Source: Eledone cirrhosa
Taxonomy: Eukaryota
Length of the DNA: 64,000 nucleotides
Assembly (NCBI GenBank): GCA_964016885.1
Contig: OZ024742.1
Coordinates: 277,574,001 to 277,638,000 of the forward strand
Direction: 5' to 3'
The notes under the pieces are model-generated. The model made no database searches, was not told the origin of the DNA, and saw nothing but the letters and a program-made list of their open reading frames with translations. The position numbers were made by a program, and so were the translations under genes. Every line of letters begins with the position of its first letter. Position 1 is the stretch's first letter. Positions 48,821-62,902 of this stretch are shown here, one piece after another.

Positions 48821-48998
48821 CATACCTACCAACCTATAAAAACCTGAAAAAAAAGTGCCCCAAAACGGGGAGAAATGAGGCAAAATGGAGAGATTTTACA
48901 TAATGAAAGCTATACCCATTTTCTCAAGGGAAAACATCCCTCCCCACCCTAAAGTAGGTGGGAGATCTCCCCGTCGGACGGGAGAGTTGACAAGTCTG
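48821..48998. mobile_element. DNA-transposon MITE with an 8-bp TSD
   Basis: Ends CATACCTACCAAC / GTTGACAAGTCTG; flanks GAATATAT / GAATATTA; empty-site paralog at ~42155. Confidence 0.65.
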
Positions 48999-49464
48999 GA
49001 ATATTAACGAATATATTGTAGGTGAACAAAGCCATCCCTGATGGATAACAATAGTCAGAGCTGTTCCAGTAATACCCACCCCGTCTTTAAGTTCTTTAAC
49101 ATGTGATATTATGGGAATTGAAAAGAAAATGAATGCAGAATCATAATAAATATACAAGTGTAATTTTATCGATAGAAATTTGACAAAGAGTAGCTTATAA
49201 TATTCCGTTTAGTAGATATTGTAAAATACGAACCCCTGGTAATTGAGAAATAGACATAAGTTGTACTCTCGCGTAACCCCCACCCGCCCATTTTTCTCAC
49301 TGAACTTTTCAAAAGTCAAATGAATCAGTCTTAAATATTAGGAAAGAAAATATCTTTGCTGAATTGAAAAAAAAACCCTACTTAATGTAAGAAATTCACA
49401 GTAGACTGCAAATTCCTTATATAACCATTATATTGGACATATTTGTTACATATATTAGCTAACA

Positions 49465-49535
49465 GCCGTGATCGTCGAGTGGTGAGGACCTCAAGTGGCG
49501 GCCGTGGTAACAAGACTGGATTCCTGATTGCAGCA
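49465..49535 (+). pseudogene. Last, highly degenerate tRNA-His of the cluster
   Basis: GCCGTGATCGTCGAGTGGTGAGGACC...GGCCGTGGTAAC. Confidence 0.7.
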
Positions 49536-49751
49536 ATTAATATGCGCTTCTTTTGTTTGTTCAAATTTTTTGTTTTGTAATTTAAAGAGATACATGTTCG
49601 GAACATTAAAAGATTATGTCGTAGGTAAGCAAAATCTTAGCCCTGATGGATGACAATAACTAGAGCTGTTTTAGTCATACCGATCTCGTCTTTTAATTCT
49701 TTATCATGTTTCTTTTATAGGAAATGAAAAAAATGAAAAGAAAAATGTGCC

Positions 49752-49849
49752 GAAAACACCGGTTCTCGTCCGATCACCGAAGTAAAGCAGCGTCGAGCCT
49801 AGTTAGTACATAGATGGGTGACCGCTTAGGAAGCATAGGTGCTGTAAGC
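49752..49849 (+). pseudogene. 5S rRNA: 5S rRNA-derived sequence, ~20 nt truncated at the 5' end
   Basis: GAAAACACCGGTTCTCGTCCGATCACCGAAGT.AAGCA.CGTCGAGCC...TTAGTAC...GATGGGTGACCGC...GTGCTGTAAGC matches invertebrate 5S rRNA. Confidence 0.92.
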
Positions 49850-49926
49850 ATCTCCTTTTAAAGGGTGGTGCCCCAGCATGGCCTCAGCCGGATGGCTGGA
49901 ACAGGTAAAAGAGTAAAAGAGTAAAG
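49752..49926 (+). mobile_element. Candidate 5S-derived SINE (SINE3-like): 5S head plus retroposon tail
   Basis: The 5S sequence is followed directly by GGTGGTGCCCCAGCATGGCC...GTAAAAGAGTAAAAGAGTAAAG. Confidence 0.6.
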
Positions 49927-50189
49927 CATCCCACTGTACCCCCACTATTTGTTCCACTTTATATGAAATATGTTGATATAGGGTTGTTGACTATACATAA
50001 ATAACTATAAACATTTACTGATGGGTGTACACAATACTGGTGGTAAAGTTAAATTTGTTTTACAATTTTGATTGATCGGAACTCCGAGTTTCGTATTTGG
50101 TTGCTAAGTTATTCAGTGATCAAACGTCCCCCACTACATATATATGTGGACGCACGTAAGTATATATGTATTTCTTTTCTCTCTCTCTC

Positions 50190-50266
<77 letters not shown>

Positions 50267-50454
50267 AGGCATATATGTATATAAAGAATATATACAAATA
50301 AACAAACATAATGTATATGTATATTTATATATATATATATATATATACATATATATAAAGAGAAAGAAAGTGAGACAAAGAGAAAAAGCAATATATGTTT
50401 ATATATATGCACGCCCATTCAAACGGGCAGTTATACTTAGTATTAATCTCCACC

Positions 50455-50488
<34 letters not shown>

Positions 50489-51231
50489 ATATATATATAT
50501 ATACATATATATATATGCTATATGCTATATATATGTACACTTCTAAACTTATACATAATCAATATAGACTTTGCATTAAAAAACAAAAAAGAAACTGAAA
50601 AAAAGAAACGTAGACATCATATGAACAAACAAAAATGAAAATAAAAATAAAACAAAAACTGAACGCTAGATAGAAAATAACAATACTCCATCCCCCACCC
50701 CATCCCACACCACTACCACCACCACAAGAACAACAACAAAAATAACAAATAATAATAACAAAAAACAAAAAAAAAACAAACAAAGCAAACAAACAAATAA
50801 CTTTATTTGCTTGTTGAAATACATTTAGTTTCTGTCTAAAAATCCATTATTAGATTTCCAGTCTGAATATTATTATTTACGTCGTGTACATATGTCCATA
50901 CTAGCAGAAAAAGTAGGATCCGAAATTGTCTGCCAATGTCTCTACCGTTTCATAAGAGATAATAAAACAATTTGAAAACACTGAATTTGATTATGGCCTC
51001 GGCCATTGAAGTCACATAATCTCGGATAAACGAATGTGCGAAAAGTGATTATGATTGAAAAGAAAATTGATACAGCCGACGATACAAAATGGAAACCGGC
51101 CGCCATTACTCGCGTAAAACACCTACCTACAAAAAATAATGTTTTATATGGCTGTTTCATTTTCTTTCTTTGCTTAAAAAATAAATGTAGCCATCTATCA
51201 ATCAATCAATCAATCTATTTATCTATATATC

Positions 51232-51306
<75 letters not shown>

Positions 51307-51527
51307 ATAGCTAGCTAGCTATCTATCTATCTACCCCGTTCCCGCTTCCCCCTTCTCTTTCTCGTTATATATATATATATATATACACGCTTAGCATTGT
51401 AAATACACAGTAGAAATTCAAGACAAGACGCTAACTTGACCTTAATAAAGAATATATATATATATATATATAATATATATATGTATATATATACACACAT
51501 AATACACACATATATATATATATACAC

Positions 51528-51617
<90 letters not shown>

Positions 51618-52586
51618 TAAAATGTTAACATAAATACTGTATATAAATTCTCTCTATATATAACGTATATTTTGCCAGATACACAGTCTTTTCTTCTTTT
51701 TGAATTTTACTTTTTCTTCATATCTTATTTCACTCCAATTTTTTTTATCAACTTTTCTTATTAAGTCTCTTTTCTCTGGTATCCTTATTCACTGTTTTTT
51801 TGCCTTCTTTATCGTTAACCTCTATCTTATTCCATCTCTTTAGCAATTTCTCACTTCTGTATCTTTTTTGAAACACCATCTCTATTCACTTCTCTACTTT
51901 TCTCTCTTAGGCTATTATTTTTTCGCTCTCCAGCTCCCTCTTACTCTAATTTACAGTCACTTACTCTGTCTTTCTTTTTTAAATATAGAATCCTATATCA
52001 CTGTCTATCTCCTTTCTCATTTTTCCTCCACCCTCTTTCTCTTATCACCTCTGTCTAAACTGTTCTGTCTCTCTACATACCTGTTTGTCTACTCACATAT
52101 CTGTCTGTTTCCATCTGCCCACGTCTTTTTTATTTTATTTTCTCCTCATGGACCAGTGCCGTCAACAATGACGTCAATAGCTTTGAATGTATTACACTTT
52201 TAGAGTCCAGGTTTGGTAGGCCATATATAGAAAAATAACTAGATATATGAATAATCATACAAACTTGGAAATTTTCGTTTTGATAAATTTATGGTTTGTG
52301 GTTTGCGCTATAGAAACCATATAGTATATGTTGATTAATGATACGTGGAAATAATTAAAGATAACAATGATACTTTATAATTTATTTCTATGATATAATT
52401 CCAAAAATGTTTAGTATGTACGTACAAATGACACACAGAATTAAATATATGAGTAACTTTGGAGAAATAACTATATAAATGGATAACAGATATCAGGTTA
52501 GAACATTATTATGATTCAGATATAGAATGCATTGTATATATTTGGGTGTGAATTGTAAAGAGTCACAGACGGATATATATACATGC

Positions 52587-52674
<88 letters not shown>

Positions 52675-52864
52675 GTGTGTGTGTGTGTGTCTGTATATAT
52701 ATATATATGTACACAAATACACGTAGTGTATCATTGATATTATATACACTAATACATAGGAGTATCTTGGCTGGTTGTTTGATCTGCGTATTTGTATCAG
52801 TCAGTCTGTTTGTCTATTTGTTTGCGTCTCAGTCTACCTGTGTATGACGCCATGTTGTTTGAAA

Positions 52865-53054
52865 TAATTGTTTCTACTTTTAGCACAAGGCCAGCAATAA
52901 CCCAGTAGATTACTGGTACTTTATTTTATCGACCCCGTAAGGATGAAAGTCAAAGTTAACCTTGGCGCGATTTGAACTCAGAATGGCAAGGGGCGTAACT
53001 CTATGCGTCAAAGCATAGTGTCCGACCCTCTACCGATACTGCCAATCCACCGCC
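52865..53054 (-). mobile_element. tRNA-derived SINE with TSD
   Basis: Family core; TGTTGTTTGAAATAAT occurs on both sides. Confidence 0.92.
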
Positions 53055-54052
53055 TTGTTGTTTGAAATAATGTTATAGTATTTGTGTTAAAAATGACGAT
53101 GATGATGGAGAAAACAATGACGTTGGTGTTGTTAATGATGTTGTTGATGATAATGAAGATGATGATACGGTGGCAGAAGAAGAGGAGCAGAAGAAGAAAG
53201 AGAAGAAGGAAATTGGGGATATCAACGGAACTCTCGGATAAGACATTGAGTCGAGCTGGAATTGAGTCATTCAATTCTTTCGTTATTTTAACAGCATCTA
53301 TGGTCGCCAGGTCTATAGATGTAAGTTGTAATACATTTCAATAGCTTGGTGATCCTGGCCATTGACGCCTTTAGGTCCATAGATGTTTGATGTAGTATAC
53401 ATCAGGAATCTAATGGTCCTGGCCACTGAACCTAATATAACTGTGTAAAATTGCCTCCTGTGTTTTGTTTGTTTCATTTATTAACAAGAGCAAGAATGAG
53501 GAGCTCATTCTACTGACATGGCTTAAAAGAGGCTGTTTGCATAATTACAAACGAATTGAATATTATCCATATTCGAAAAACTCAGATTACATTTATATAT
53601 ATATATATATATATGTATACTGTATATATATATATAAAATCAAGGGTGTGTAAACAGAAAATATCTTAAAAAATAATAAATAAATTCCAAAAAATTCACT
53701 GTACTTACTATATGTGCCCTTACCGCGGTTTCTGATCCCAAACAAATAGATAATCCAAGCGGATTTCCATTGAGAAAGAGATCATCATCAGAAGGCTTTT
53801 CTCTCTCGGAGAATATAAAATTCCCGAGTTAAAATTACAAACTGGCGCTAATCCAAACTGCCTCAGAATGAGAGCAAATGAATGATGAAACAGTTTTGTC
53901 ATGGTACCGTGTGCAAAGGCAAAAAGCACGGTGGAGAGGTTAGTCCTGTGCTGCTAGAAACAGCAGCCATTTACATTTAAACGACTAAAGGTTTCTCTAC
54001 CATTGGAGAGAATAATAATAAAAGTATGTGCTCCTACATGTAGGAGCACATA

Positions 54053-54201
<149 letters not shown>

Positions 54202-54291
54202 ATAAATGTTATCTGAGTTTTTCGAATATTTATAATATTCGATTCGTTTGCAAACAGCCTCTTTTAAGCCATGTCAGTAGAATGAGCCCCT

Positions 54292-54393
<102 letters not shown>

Positions 54394-54580
54394 CCTTGTA
54401 ATTGTTTGATGTGTTTATTTTATATATATATATATATCATCCTACATTTGATTTAATATAAATGTTCGGATTTACTACTTGGAATCTTTGATGAGCATAT
54501 TCCACAGGTGGTATGGCACATGATTCTGATATTCTCAGACATGACATCCTTAATATAATTTTGCTATATATATATACATA

Positions 54581-54688
<108 letters not shown>

Positions 54689-54735
54689 AATATATATATA
54701 TATATATGTGGTTACACAACAGTTAGTTCACCATA

Positions 54736-54775
54736 CCGAGAACAATTGTTTCACCTTCGCGGATCTTCAGCTCGG
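54736..54775 (-). ncRNA. Putative minimal type I hammerhead ribozyme
   Basis: Minus strand CCGAG-CTGAAGA-TCCgcgaaGGT-GAAA-CAATTG-TT-CTCGG: stem I CCGAG/CTCGG, palindromic stem III, GUU site. Confidence 0.65.
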
Positions 54776-54945
54776 GATGTGTATGGTTATAGGAACAGGA
54801 AGGACAACTAACTGTTGTGTAACCACTTCTACCTAACTCGTCCCTTGGACTGAGTGCTCTACCACTACAGATATTACCCTCCAGTGTTCCACCACTATAT
54901 ATATATATATATATAGTGGTTACACAACAGTTACTTGTCCTTCCT

Positions 54946-55010
54946 TACTATTGCATCATTGTTATCTACACAGAATGAAAGGTTCTATCCAGTAGTGAAC
55001 AACCAACTTC

Positions 55011-55072
<62 letters not shown>

Positions 55073-55137
55073 GAAGTTGGTTGTTCACTACTGGATAGAA
55101 CCTTTCATTCTGTGTAGATAACAATGATGCAATAGTA
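54946..55137. repeat. Perfect ~192-bp palindrome centred on (TA)n
   Basis: The ~70-bp arms are exact reverse complements around a self-complementary TA tract. Confidence 0.93.
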
Positions 55138-56322
55138 TGAAAGCAGTCAACCTAACGCAACTCAATCATTATTAGTGTAAGATTCTGCCGGTGGTGCGTG
55201 AACGGAGTTAATAAAGCGACAGGAGGCCGGAAAGTTGAAATCCCTTTAAAATTTTTATTCTGCAGGCTCTATATATATGTCAATGACCAGTAAGATTCGA
55301 GTGATATCATCAGGTACATTGCATAATAGTTATAAAGGAAGCATGGTGAACACAGGTTGTGTACACAGAGACAAAAAAAAAAAATATATATATATATATT
55401 TATGTATTTTTATATATGTATTAGAATTTCGTATTTCTAAAGAAAAACGGTATGTTTATAGATAAAGATTTAGAAAGCTGTAGCTATGCAAAATACACCG
55501 GGGGCTATCGCCCCGGGTGGTGTCCAGCATAAGCAAGGGGGACAACCGTCGATGTATTTCGAACCTAACAGGTTATCATCAGGATACACACACACACACA
55601 CACACACACACACCCACGCGCGCGCGCGCAATACACGCATGTATATGTATATGTATATATATATATATCTGTGTATATATATAAACCGAACATTATAATA
55701 AATGTTCGGTAAACCCATACGTACATATATATATGTGTGCATGTATGTATATATATATACATACTACTGTACGTCTGTACGCATATATGTATGTACGTAT
55801 GCATACTTATATTTAGGCATCAGCCGTACTAAGAGTGAGAAATGAAATTTCGTTTCATTCTTTTCCATTTATCGTTTTCGGTACGCCCGACCGACTAACT
55901 CACTCGATATGCAAATTAGGCTGCTCAGCCGTTAACATGCATAAGGAAAGTATATACTTTCAAACGTGTAATCATCTGACAGAAAGGTATACGATGCTGA
56001 CGATAGCTAATAAGCTTGAAACTAGTACATCTTTCCTGTGTCAGTGTTGAATAAAAGGGTGACGATGGTTGTTGAGCACTGTTCGGCGTAATTCGGGCTG
56101 TTTGTTAACAAACAAACCGAACATTATAATAAATGTTCGGTAAACCCATACGTACATACATATATGTGTGCATGTATGTATATATATATACATACTACTG
56201 TATGTCTGTACGCATATATGTATGTACGTATACATACTTATATTTAGGTATCAGCCGTACTAAGAGTGAGAAATGAAATTTCGTTTCATTCTTTTCCATT
56301 TATATATATATATAGATATATA

Positions 56323-56359
<37 letters not shown>

Positions 56360-56373
56360 TATATATATATGTA

Positions 56374-56756
56374 CGAGGGTAATCCAAAAAGTAAGGTCTC
56401 CAAAGCGATGGGGACGCAGAGAAACTGTTCGTATGGCTGTTGGCAGCACTGTTGTGATTGGTGCTTCCTTCACTCCCAAACAAGCATGCGCGCGCTTCGC
56501 TGGGATGCTCAGTCTTGACTTGGAAGCCGTTGAGAATGGAGCTCCCGTTGAATGCTTCCGCCAAGTGCGAATTTCGCGCAGTTATTATATAGAGGAGAAT
56601 CCCAACAGTAAGGTCTCCTTCTGAGGGTAAAGATCGGCGGATCACTCTGGATGCTCTCTGCATTTTGGTTCCTGAGGTTTCTCGAAGCACCATCCACAGG
56701 ATTTTAACGGAAAAGTTGCAATATCGGAAGGAGACCTTACTTTTGGGATTGCCCTC

Positions 56757-56757
<1 letters not shown>
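56374..56757 (+). mobile_element. Mariner-derived MITE
   Basis: TA|CGAGGGTAATCCAAAAAGTAAGGTCTCC ... GGAGACCTTACTTTTGGGATTGCCCTCA|TA; residual DRRITL...SRSTIHRILTEKLQYRK; a third TIR copy at ~56592. Confidence 0.85.
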
Positions 56758-56791
<34 letters not shown>

Positions 56792-57047
56792 ATATATATT
56801 ATATATATATACGGGTGAATATTTCATTTATTTTGTTTGACCCGTTTAGCTTGCTTCGTCTTTTTGGCTTAGGTGGTTGATAGCTTCTTAACCACCATCT
56901 CAGTTTGTATGACCTTTATAACCTATGTTTATTGCTCTGGTCTGTTTCGGTCCATGGAGCGCTTGCCAGCATAACTCGGATATTGCGTTTCGCTTATTTT
57001 TGACCCGCCGAAATACGATTCTCGCTGAATTTATATTTATATTATAT

Positions 57048-57135
<88 letters not shown>

Positions 57136-57403
57136 TTCGGAAAAGATTGTTTTGGTAAAAACAGGAGTAAGCAGGAGAAAGCTCTCAACAATCGTTGTTG
57201 TAGTTACGATGGAGAATTTTATAAAAATAATAAAATAAGATGCTGAGGTTACATATATCGTTTAATCATAATTATTATTTTTTCGGTTCTCCATGCAACC
57301 GAGCAATGCAGCAGCAAATGCATGAAGGACATCTCAATTGCATGGAGAACCGTAGAAACAATTATTATGATCAAACGATATATGTAACCTCACCATCTTA
57401 TTT

Positions 57404-57461
<58 letters not shown>

Positions 57462-58825
57462 GTATATGTATATATATGTGTATGTATATATATATATATA
57501 TATATATATTTGTGTATGTATGTATTTTAAGCAAACTACTAATAAACGAGTGAGCGCACATAGGTATATAAAAATGACTAATTTTTCTCTGACTGAAACA
57601 GATATTTCCGTTAACTTACAGTTTTCTCAAATTAGTTGAAATTTATTATACGAAAATAAAAAAAAAATGTCATAAAATAAACCAAAGAGCCGAAACCAAA
57701 ACAAGTGAAACTAATCACACATATCAATTAAAAAAATATATAAATATATAGTAAATCCTAATAAAAGACAAACAACAATGTCATTAAATTGTCCGTATAA
57801 TGATGAAACGCCAAGCCATGAACCGGAAGAGAGAAAATGAAAGGGAGAAACTGAGAAAGTGTGTTTTGCTAAGACGCGTCTCTAGTTTTATAGAAAGTGA
57901 AGTTATTAAACAACACCAGATGTAAACAGCGACTTAGCGATATTTTTGGTAACACTGATTTAGATAGTGGAGTTGCCTATCAAATTTACTATAAACCTAT
58001 CAATGTCTATATATCCTTAATAAATGTCAGACTTTAGGCAGTTTTTACGAGGAGCTTAAGAAATTATATATAAGAACTATACACACATACACACACACCA
58101 CACACACACACACACACATATAAATATACTTATACATATATATATATATATATATATGAATAAAGTTAGTCCTTCATCAGTGATCTTCCAACCTTCATTG
58201 GTATTTCATCGCTTTAAAGACCATATACCTCCGGTTGGTGCGAGCAACGGCTAAAGAAAGTCGTTGGGACACGTAAATAAGGGGAACGAGCGAGACTGTA
58301 AACAATCAAAGATGGTAATGCAACGAAAAGTGAGGAAGAAGGAGTCAAGTCCCAGAATTCTATGAATATAAGTTCTGTGAAATCGTGGACGAGAGAGAAT
58401 AAAGACCATCAAACCTAGTCGAAATGTGAGCAAGGAAAGAATTTCGCACAGGTCAAACGGGAGGAAGAAGGAGTCTAGTCCCTGAATTCGGTGAACATAA
58501 GTTCTGTGAAATCGTAGACAAGAGAGAACAAAAGGAACAACCAACCTGGTCAAGTGTGCACGAGGAAAGAATTTCGCACAGGTCAAACGGGAGGAAGTAG
58601 GAGAGGGAGTAGCAGTGAGTGAGTGAGTGAGTGAGTGAAGGGTGAGGAAGAGGCTAACAGAGAGAGTGACTGTTAGAGAGGGTAAAGGGAGGTGAAAGAT
58701 ACAGAGAAAGAGAAAGCAGTAAGAATGAAAAAGACGGGTCACAGCGGAGGAAAATATATGTGTGAATATGAAAACAAGATGTACTGCGTGGTTGCAAATG
58801 GGTTACATATGAATAAAGTTAGTTC

Positions 58826-58889
<64 letters not shown>

Positions 58890-59469
58890 AAGTAAGAATA
58901 TTTTCGAAACAGCGAGCGAGTTTGAAATTATAAATGTAAGCTATCGCCGTATTTTGACTAAAGAAATTAAAGAAAATTATTATATAAGTCAAAATACGGC
59001 GATAGCTTACGTTTATAATATTTATATATATATATATGAAAAAAAATGAAATTTCATTTCTCACTCTTAGTATGGCTGATACTTAAATATAAGTATGTAT
59101 ACGTACATACATATATGTATACAGACGTACACTAGTATGTATATACATACATACATGCACATACACATATATATATATATATATATATATATGTACGTAT
59201 GGGTTTACCGAACATTTATTATAATGCTCGGTTTGTTTGTAAACAAACAGCCCGAATTAGAAGCCGTACAGTGTTCGGCAACCATCGTTGCCCTTTTGTT
59301 AAACACTGACAAAGGAACGATGAACTAGTTTCTAGCTTATTAGCTGTCATCAGCACCGTATACCTTCCTGTCAGTCGATTGAACGTTTGAAAGTATATAC
59401 TTTCCTTATGCAACAAACAAAGGGAGATAATTAAGCATACAGTATATTGCCAAATATACTATACACATA

Positions 59470-59551
<82 letters not shown>

Positions 59552-59725
59552 TGTAAATTTCCAACCGCGGTGATTAAGCTCTCTCGGCTTGTAGACTTGC
59601 CGAACACAGAAGCCGAAACCGCGTGGCGCCACGGTTGGGATTCTACATATCTCTATACCTGCTATGCATCTCCCCATGCATTGAGTACTGCCACGATTAG
59701 TGATTTCTCCGGTCTAGGCACCACA

Positions 59726-59784
<59 letters not shown>

Positions 59785-59861
59785 TCTCTCTTTCTCTTTC
59801 TCGCTCTCTCTCTCTCTTCCTCTCTCTCACTCTCTCTCTTTCTCGCTCTCTCTCTCTCCCT

Positions 59862-59951
<90 letters not shown>

Positions 59952-59964
59952 ATATATATTTAAT

Positions 59965-60385
59965 CTCATCTCATCTGTCCCGTAGTCTGGTGACCGTTGG
60001 GGCGCCACATATGACCTGGCAACAAACTTCTTCCATTCCTCTCGCTGTTCCACCTTCTTCATGGTTACACCCATCTTCATGCATGTCCATTCCGGCATAT
60101 TGTCTTCCCATCTTTTTTTCTGTCTGCCTCTCTTCCTACCTCCTTCTACTGTTCCTTACTGTTGCATTGTTTTACAATGGTCAGTAGGTTTTCGTAGGGC
60201 CCGATGGCTTACCAAATTCTGTTTTGTACCACCTCATAGGATATGCGGTCTCTGTAGGTGATTCCAAGGAACTTTCTGAAGCATCTCATCTACATGGCCT
60301 GTATCCTTCTTTCCAGATCTGCTGTTAATGTCCAAGACTCACAGGGATACATATGGACATGACCAGAGAGCGCATCTGTCTAATT
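59965..60385 (-). mobile_element. RTE-clade LINE 3' end
   Basis: RKRGRQKKRWEDNMPEWT...REEWKKFV...APQRS..YGT followed by a (GATGA)n tail. Confidence 0.8.
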
Positions 60386-60401
60386 TATATATATATATAT
60401 A

Positions 60402-62455
60402 TCTAATATATATTTGTGAAATGGGTGGTGGTTGAAATTCAGATGTGCACGGTTAAATGGTAGTAGACGTGGTCGGACGGACATGAAAATTTACACACCT
60501 ATGTAAAATGTGCCAAGGAAGCAAATAGACGAGGTCCCAAATCTCTAACTTGAAAAATGTGATCCCTGGGGCCCCAAAACGGTCTATTTACTATCGCGTT
60601 CGGTGAGTTATTTCCCCCTGTTCTAATACTTTTGTCTTATTTACAATTTCATACAAATTTTTAAACTCATCAACGTTCTTTCGCTGTTAACATACAGTAC
60701 CAATAATTTGAAAAATATTATTGAAAGTTTATTATAAAGAAGCATTTTCAGGAAAAAAAATAGAAATATGCACTTGGGGCTGGACGGCGTACAATGAGAA
60801 GTGGAGCGACGTGAAAAGTATTGTTTATTAACAGCGAAATAGCAATGTCGATGATATGCAAGTTTGAAAATGCAGATTAATAAACTGTTGCCTTCTACAG
60901 TACGTTTCATTTTCATTTTTCAATTATAGTTGCTGTATATTTAAATACTTCTATAACGATCATACAGTACCGTAAATAAAACCCTTACATTGCGAACCCC
61001 CTGTTCTAATACTGGGGTTAGTTATTTCCCCCTCTTCTAATAAACGTCTAATTGAGTTATTTCCCCCCTGTTCTACTACTTTCAATATTCATTGTTTTAA
61101 TTACAATTTCATACACATTTTTAAACTCATCAATTTCTTTCGCTGCGTTCTTTCGCAGCGTTCTTTCGCTGTTAACATACAGTACCGTTTTATGAAATCA
61201 ATTCTGCAGTACCATTTTACGAAATGCCAAACCTAAAACGGTCACTGTTTTCCATCAAAAGATATAAAACCCTTAGATTGCGAAGAAGGAAGTCATGTTC
61301 TCAAGTACGTTTTTTCAGATATCATTTTCATTTTAATTCTAATACATGTTAACCACCACTAACAGTAAGTAGTATTTTTCATTTCATTGTCTTATTTAAA
61401 ATAATATATCAAAGACAACGTTATTTCGCTGTTAATAAACTGTTGGCTTCTACAGTACGTTTCATTTTCATTTTTAAATTACAATTGCTCTATATTAAAT
61501 TTAAATAATTCTATAACGATCATACAGTACTGTTTTATGAAATCGATTCTGCAGTAGAATTTTACGAAATGCCAAACCGAAAAAGGTAAGTGTTTTCTAA
61601 CAAAAGAAATAAAACCCTTACATTGCCAACCCCCTGTTCTAATACTGGGATTAGTTATTTCCCCCTCTTCTAATAAACATCTAATATATAGAGGCCCCTC
61701 TTGTTGACCAGGGCAATCAAAGTGTAAACTATCATACAGTACCGTTTTATGAAATCAATTCTGCAGTACCATTTTACGAAATGCCAAACCGAAAACGGTC
61801 ACTGTTTTCTATCAAAAGATATAAAACCCTTAAATTGCGAAGAAGAGAGTCATGTTCTCAAGTACGTTTTTTCAGATATCATTTTCATTTTAATTCTAAT
61901 ACATGTTAACCACCACTAATAGTAAGTAGTATTTTTCAATTCATTGTCTTATTTAAAATAACATATCAAAGACAACGTTATTTCGCTGTTAATAAACTGT
62001 TGGCTTCTACAGTACGTTTCATTTTCATTTTTAAATTACAATTGCTCTATATTAAATTTAAATAATTCTATAACGATCATACAGTACTGTTTTATGAAAT
62101 TCTGCAGTAGAATATTACGAAATGCCAAACCGAAAAAGGTAAGTGTTTTCTAACAAAAGAAATAAAACCCTTACATTGCGGACCCCCTGTTCTAATACTG
62201 GGGTTAGTTATTTCCCCCTCTTCTAATAAACGTCTAATATATAGAGGCCCATCTTGCTGACCAGGGCAATCAAAGTGTAAACTATCATACAAACCTTCAC
62301 GTCGCTCCACTTCTCATTGTACGTCGTCCAGCCCCAAGTGCATATTTCTATTTTTGTTCCTGAAACTGCTTCTTTATAATAAACTTTCAATAATATTTTT
62401 CAAATTATTAACTTAATAAAAATTGGCCTCGGGTGCCACCGGGCTCAGCTGCTAG
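60402..62455 (+). mobile_element. Non-autonomous Helitron (~2.05 kb) with internal direct and inverted repeats, inserted in (TA)n
   Basis: 5' TCTAATATATATTTG; 3' hairpin CTCGGGTGCCACCGGG and CTAG|T. Confidence 0.75.
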
Positions 62456-62502
<47 letters not shown>

Positions 62503-62659
62503 AATGAAAGATAAAGGCAGTCAACAGATAATATGAATGTTGAGAGTATTTATACTTACAGTCCGACTTAACTTTGGATTACCAGCGGTTTCAAGACGTA
62601 GACACACATATCTCATCAGATGCATTGGAAAATAAGTGAAAACAAAATGGAGAATGGAC

Positions 62660-62888
62660 AGTATTAAGGAGATGCTTGAGGCTCTTCCTGGGGACACTGT
62701 CAAGGTCGCATGTGCCAGATTCCGGAGCCAGATTAAGGCCGTAGTGGACTCTTTGAGTCGATTTTCTCTAATGATTGTTTTAATCTTTATGCCACTTTCT
62801 ATTTTTCAAATAAATTTATTTTTGGCTGAGAGATCCATTTTTCTACCCCCTAAAAAAAAAACCTGTCAAATTTAGCCGAAACACCCTG
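62660..62888 (+). mobile_element. Tc1/mariner 3' fragment with right TIR
   Basis: IKEMLEALPGDTVKVACARFRSQIKAVV; ends CACCCTG|TA. Confidence 0.7.
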
Positions 62889-62902
62889 TATCATACATAT
62901 AT

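Noticed and set aside
49752-49849. Functional 5S rRNA gene
   Set aside because: About 20 nt are missing at the 5' end, there are several substitutions, it is a single copy, and it is joined to a retroposon tail.
50900-51195. Possible minus-strand Helitron end (ACTAGCAGAAAAAG)
   Set aside because: No clear subterminal hairpin or matching 5' TC terminus was found.
58170-58185. CTGATGAAG on the minus strand as a hammerhead core
   Set aside because: There is no downstream stem II or GAAA; the sequence runs into (TA)n.
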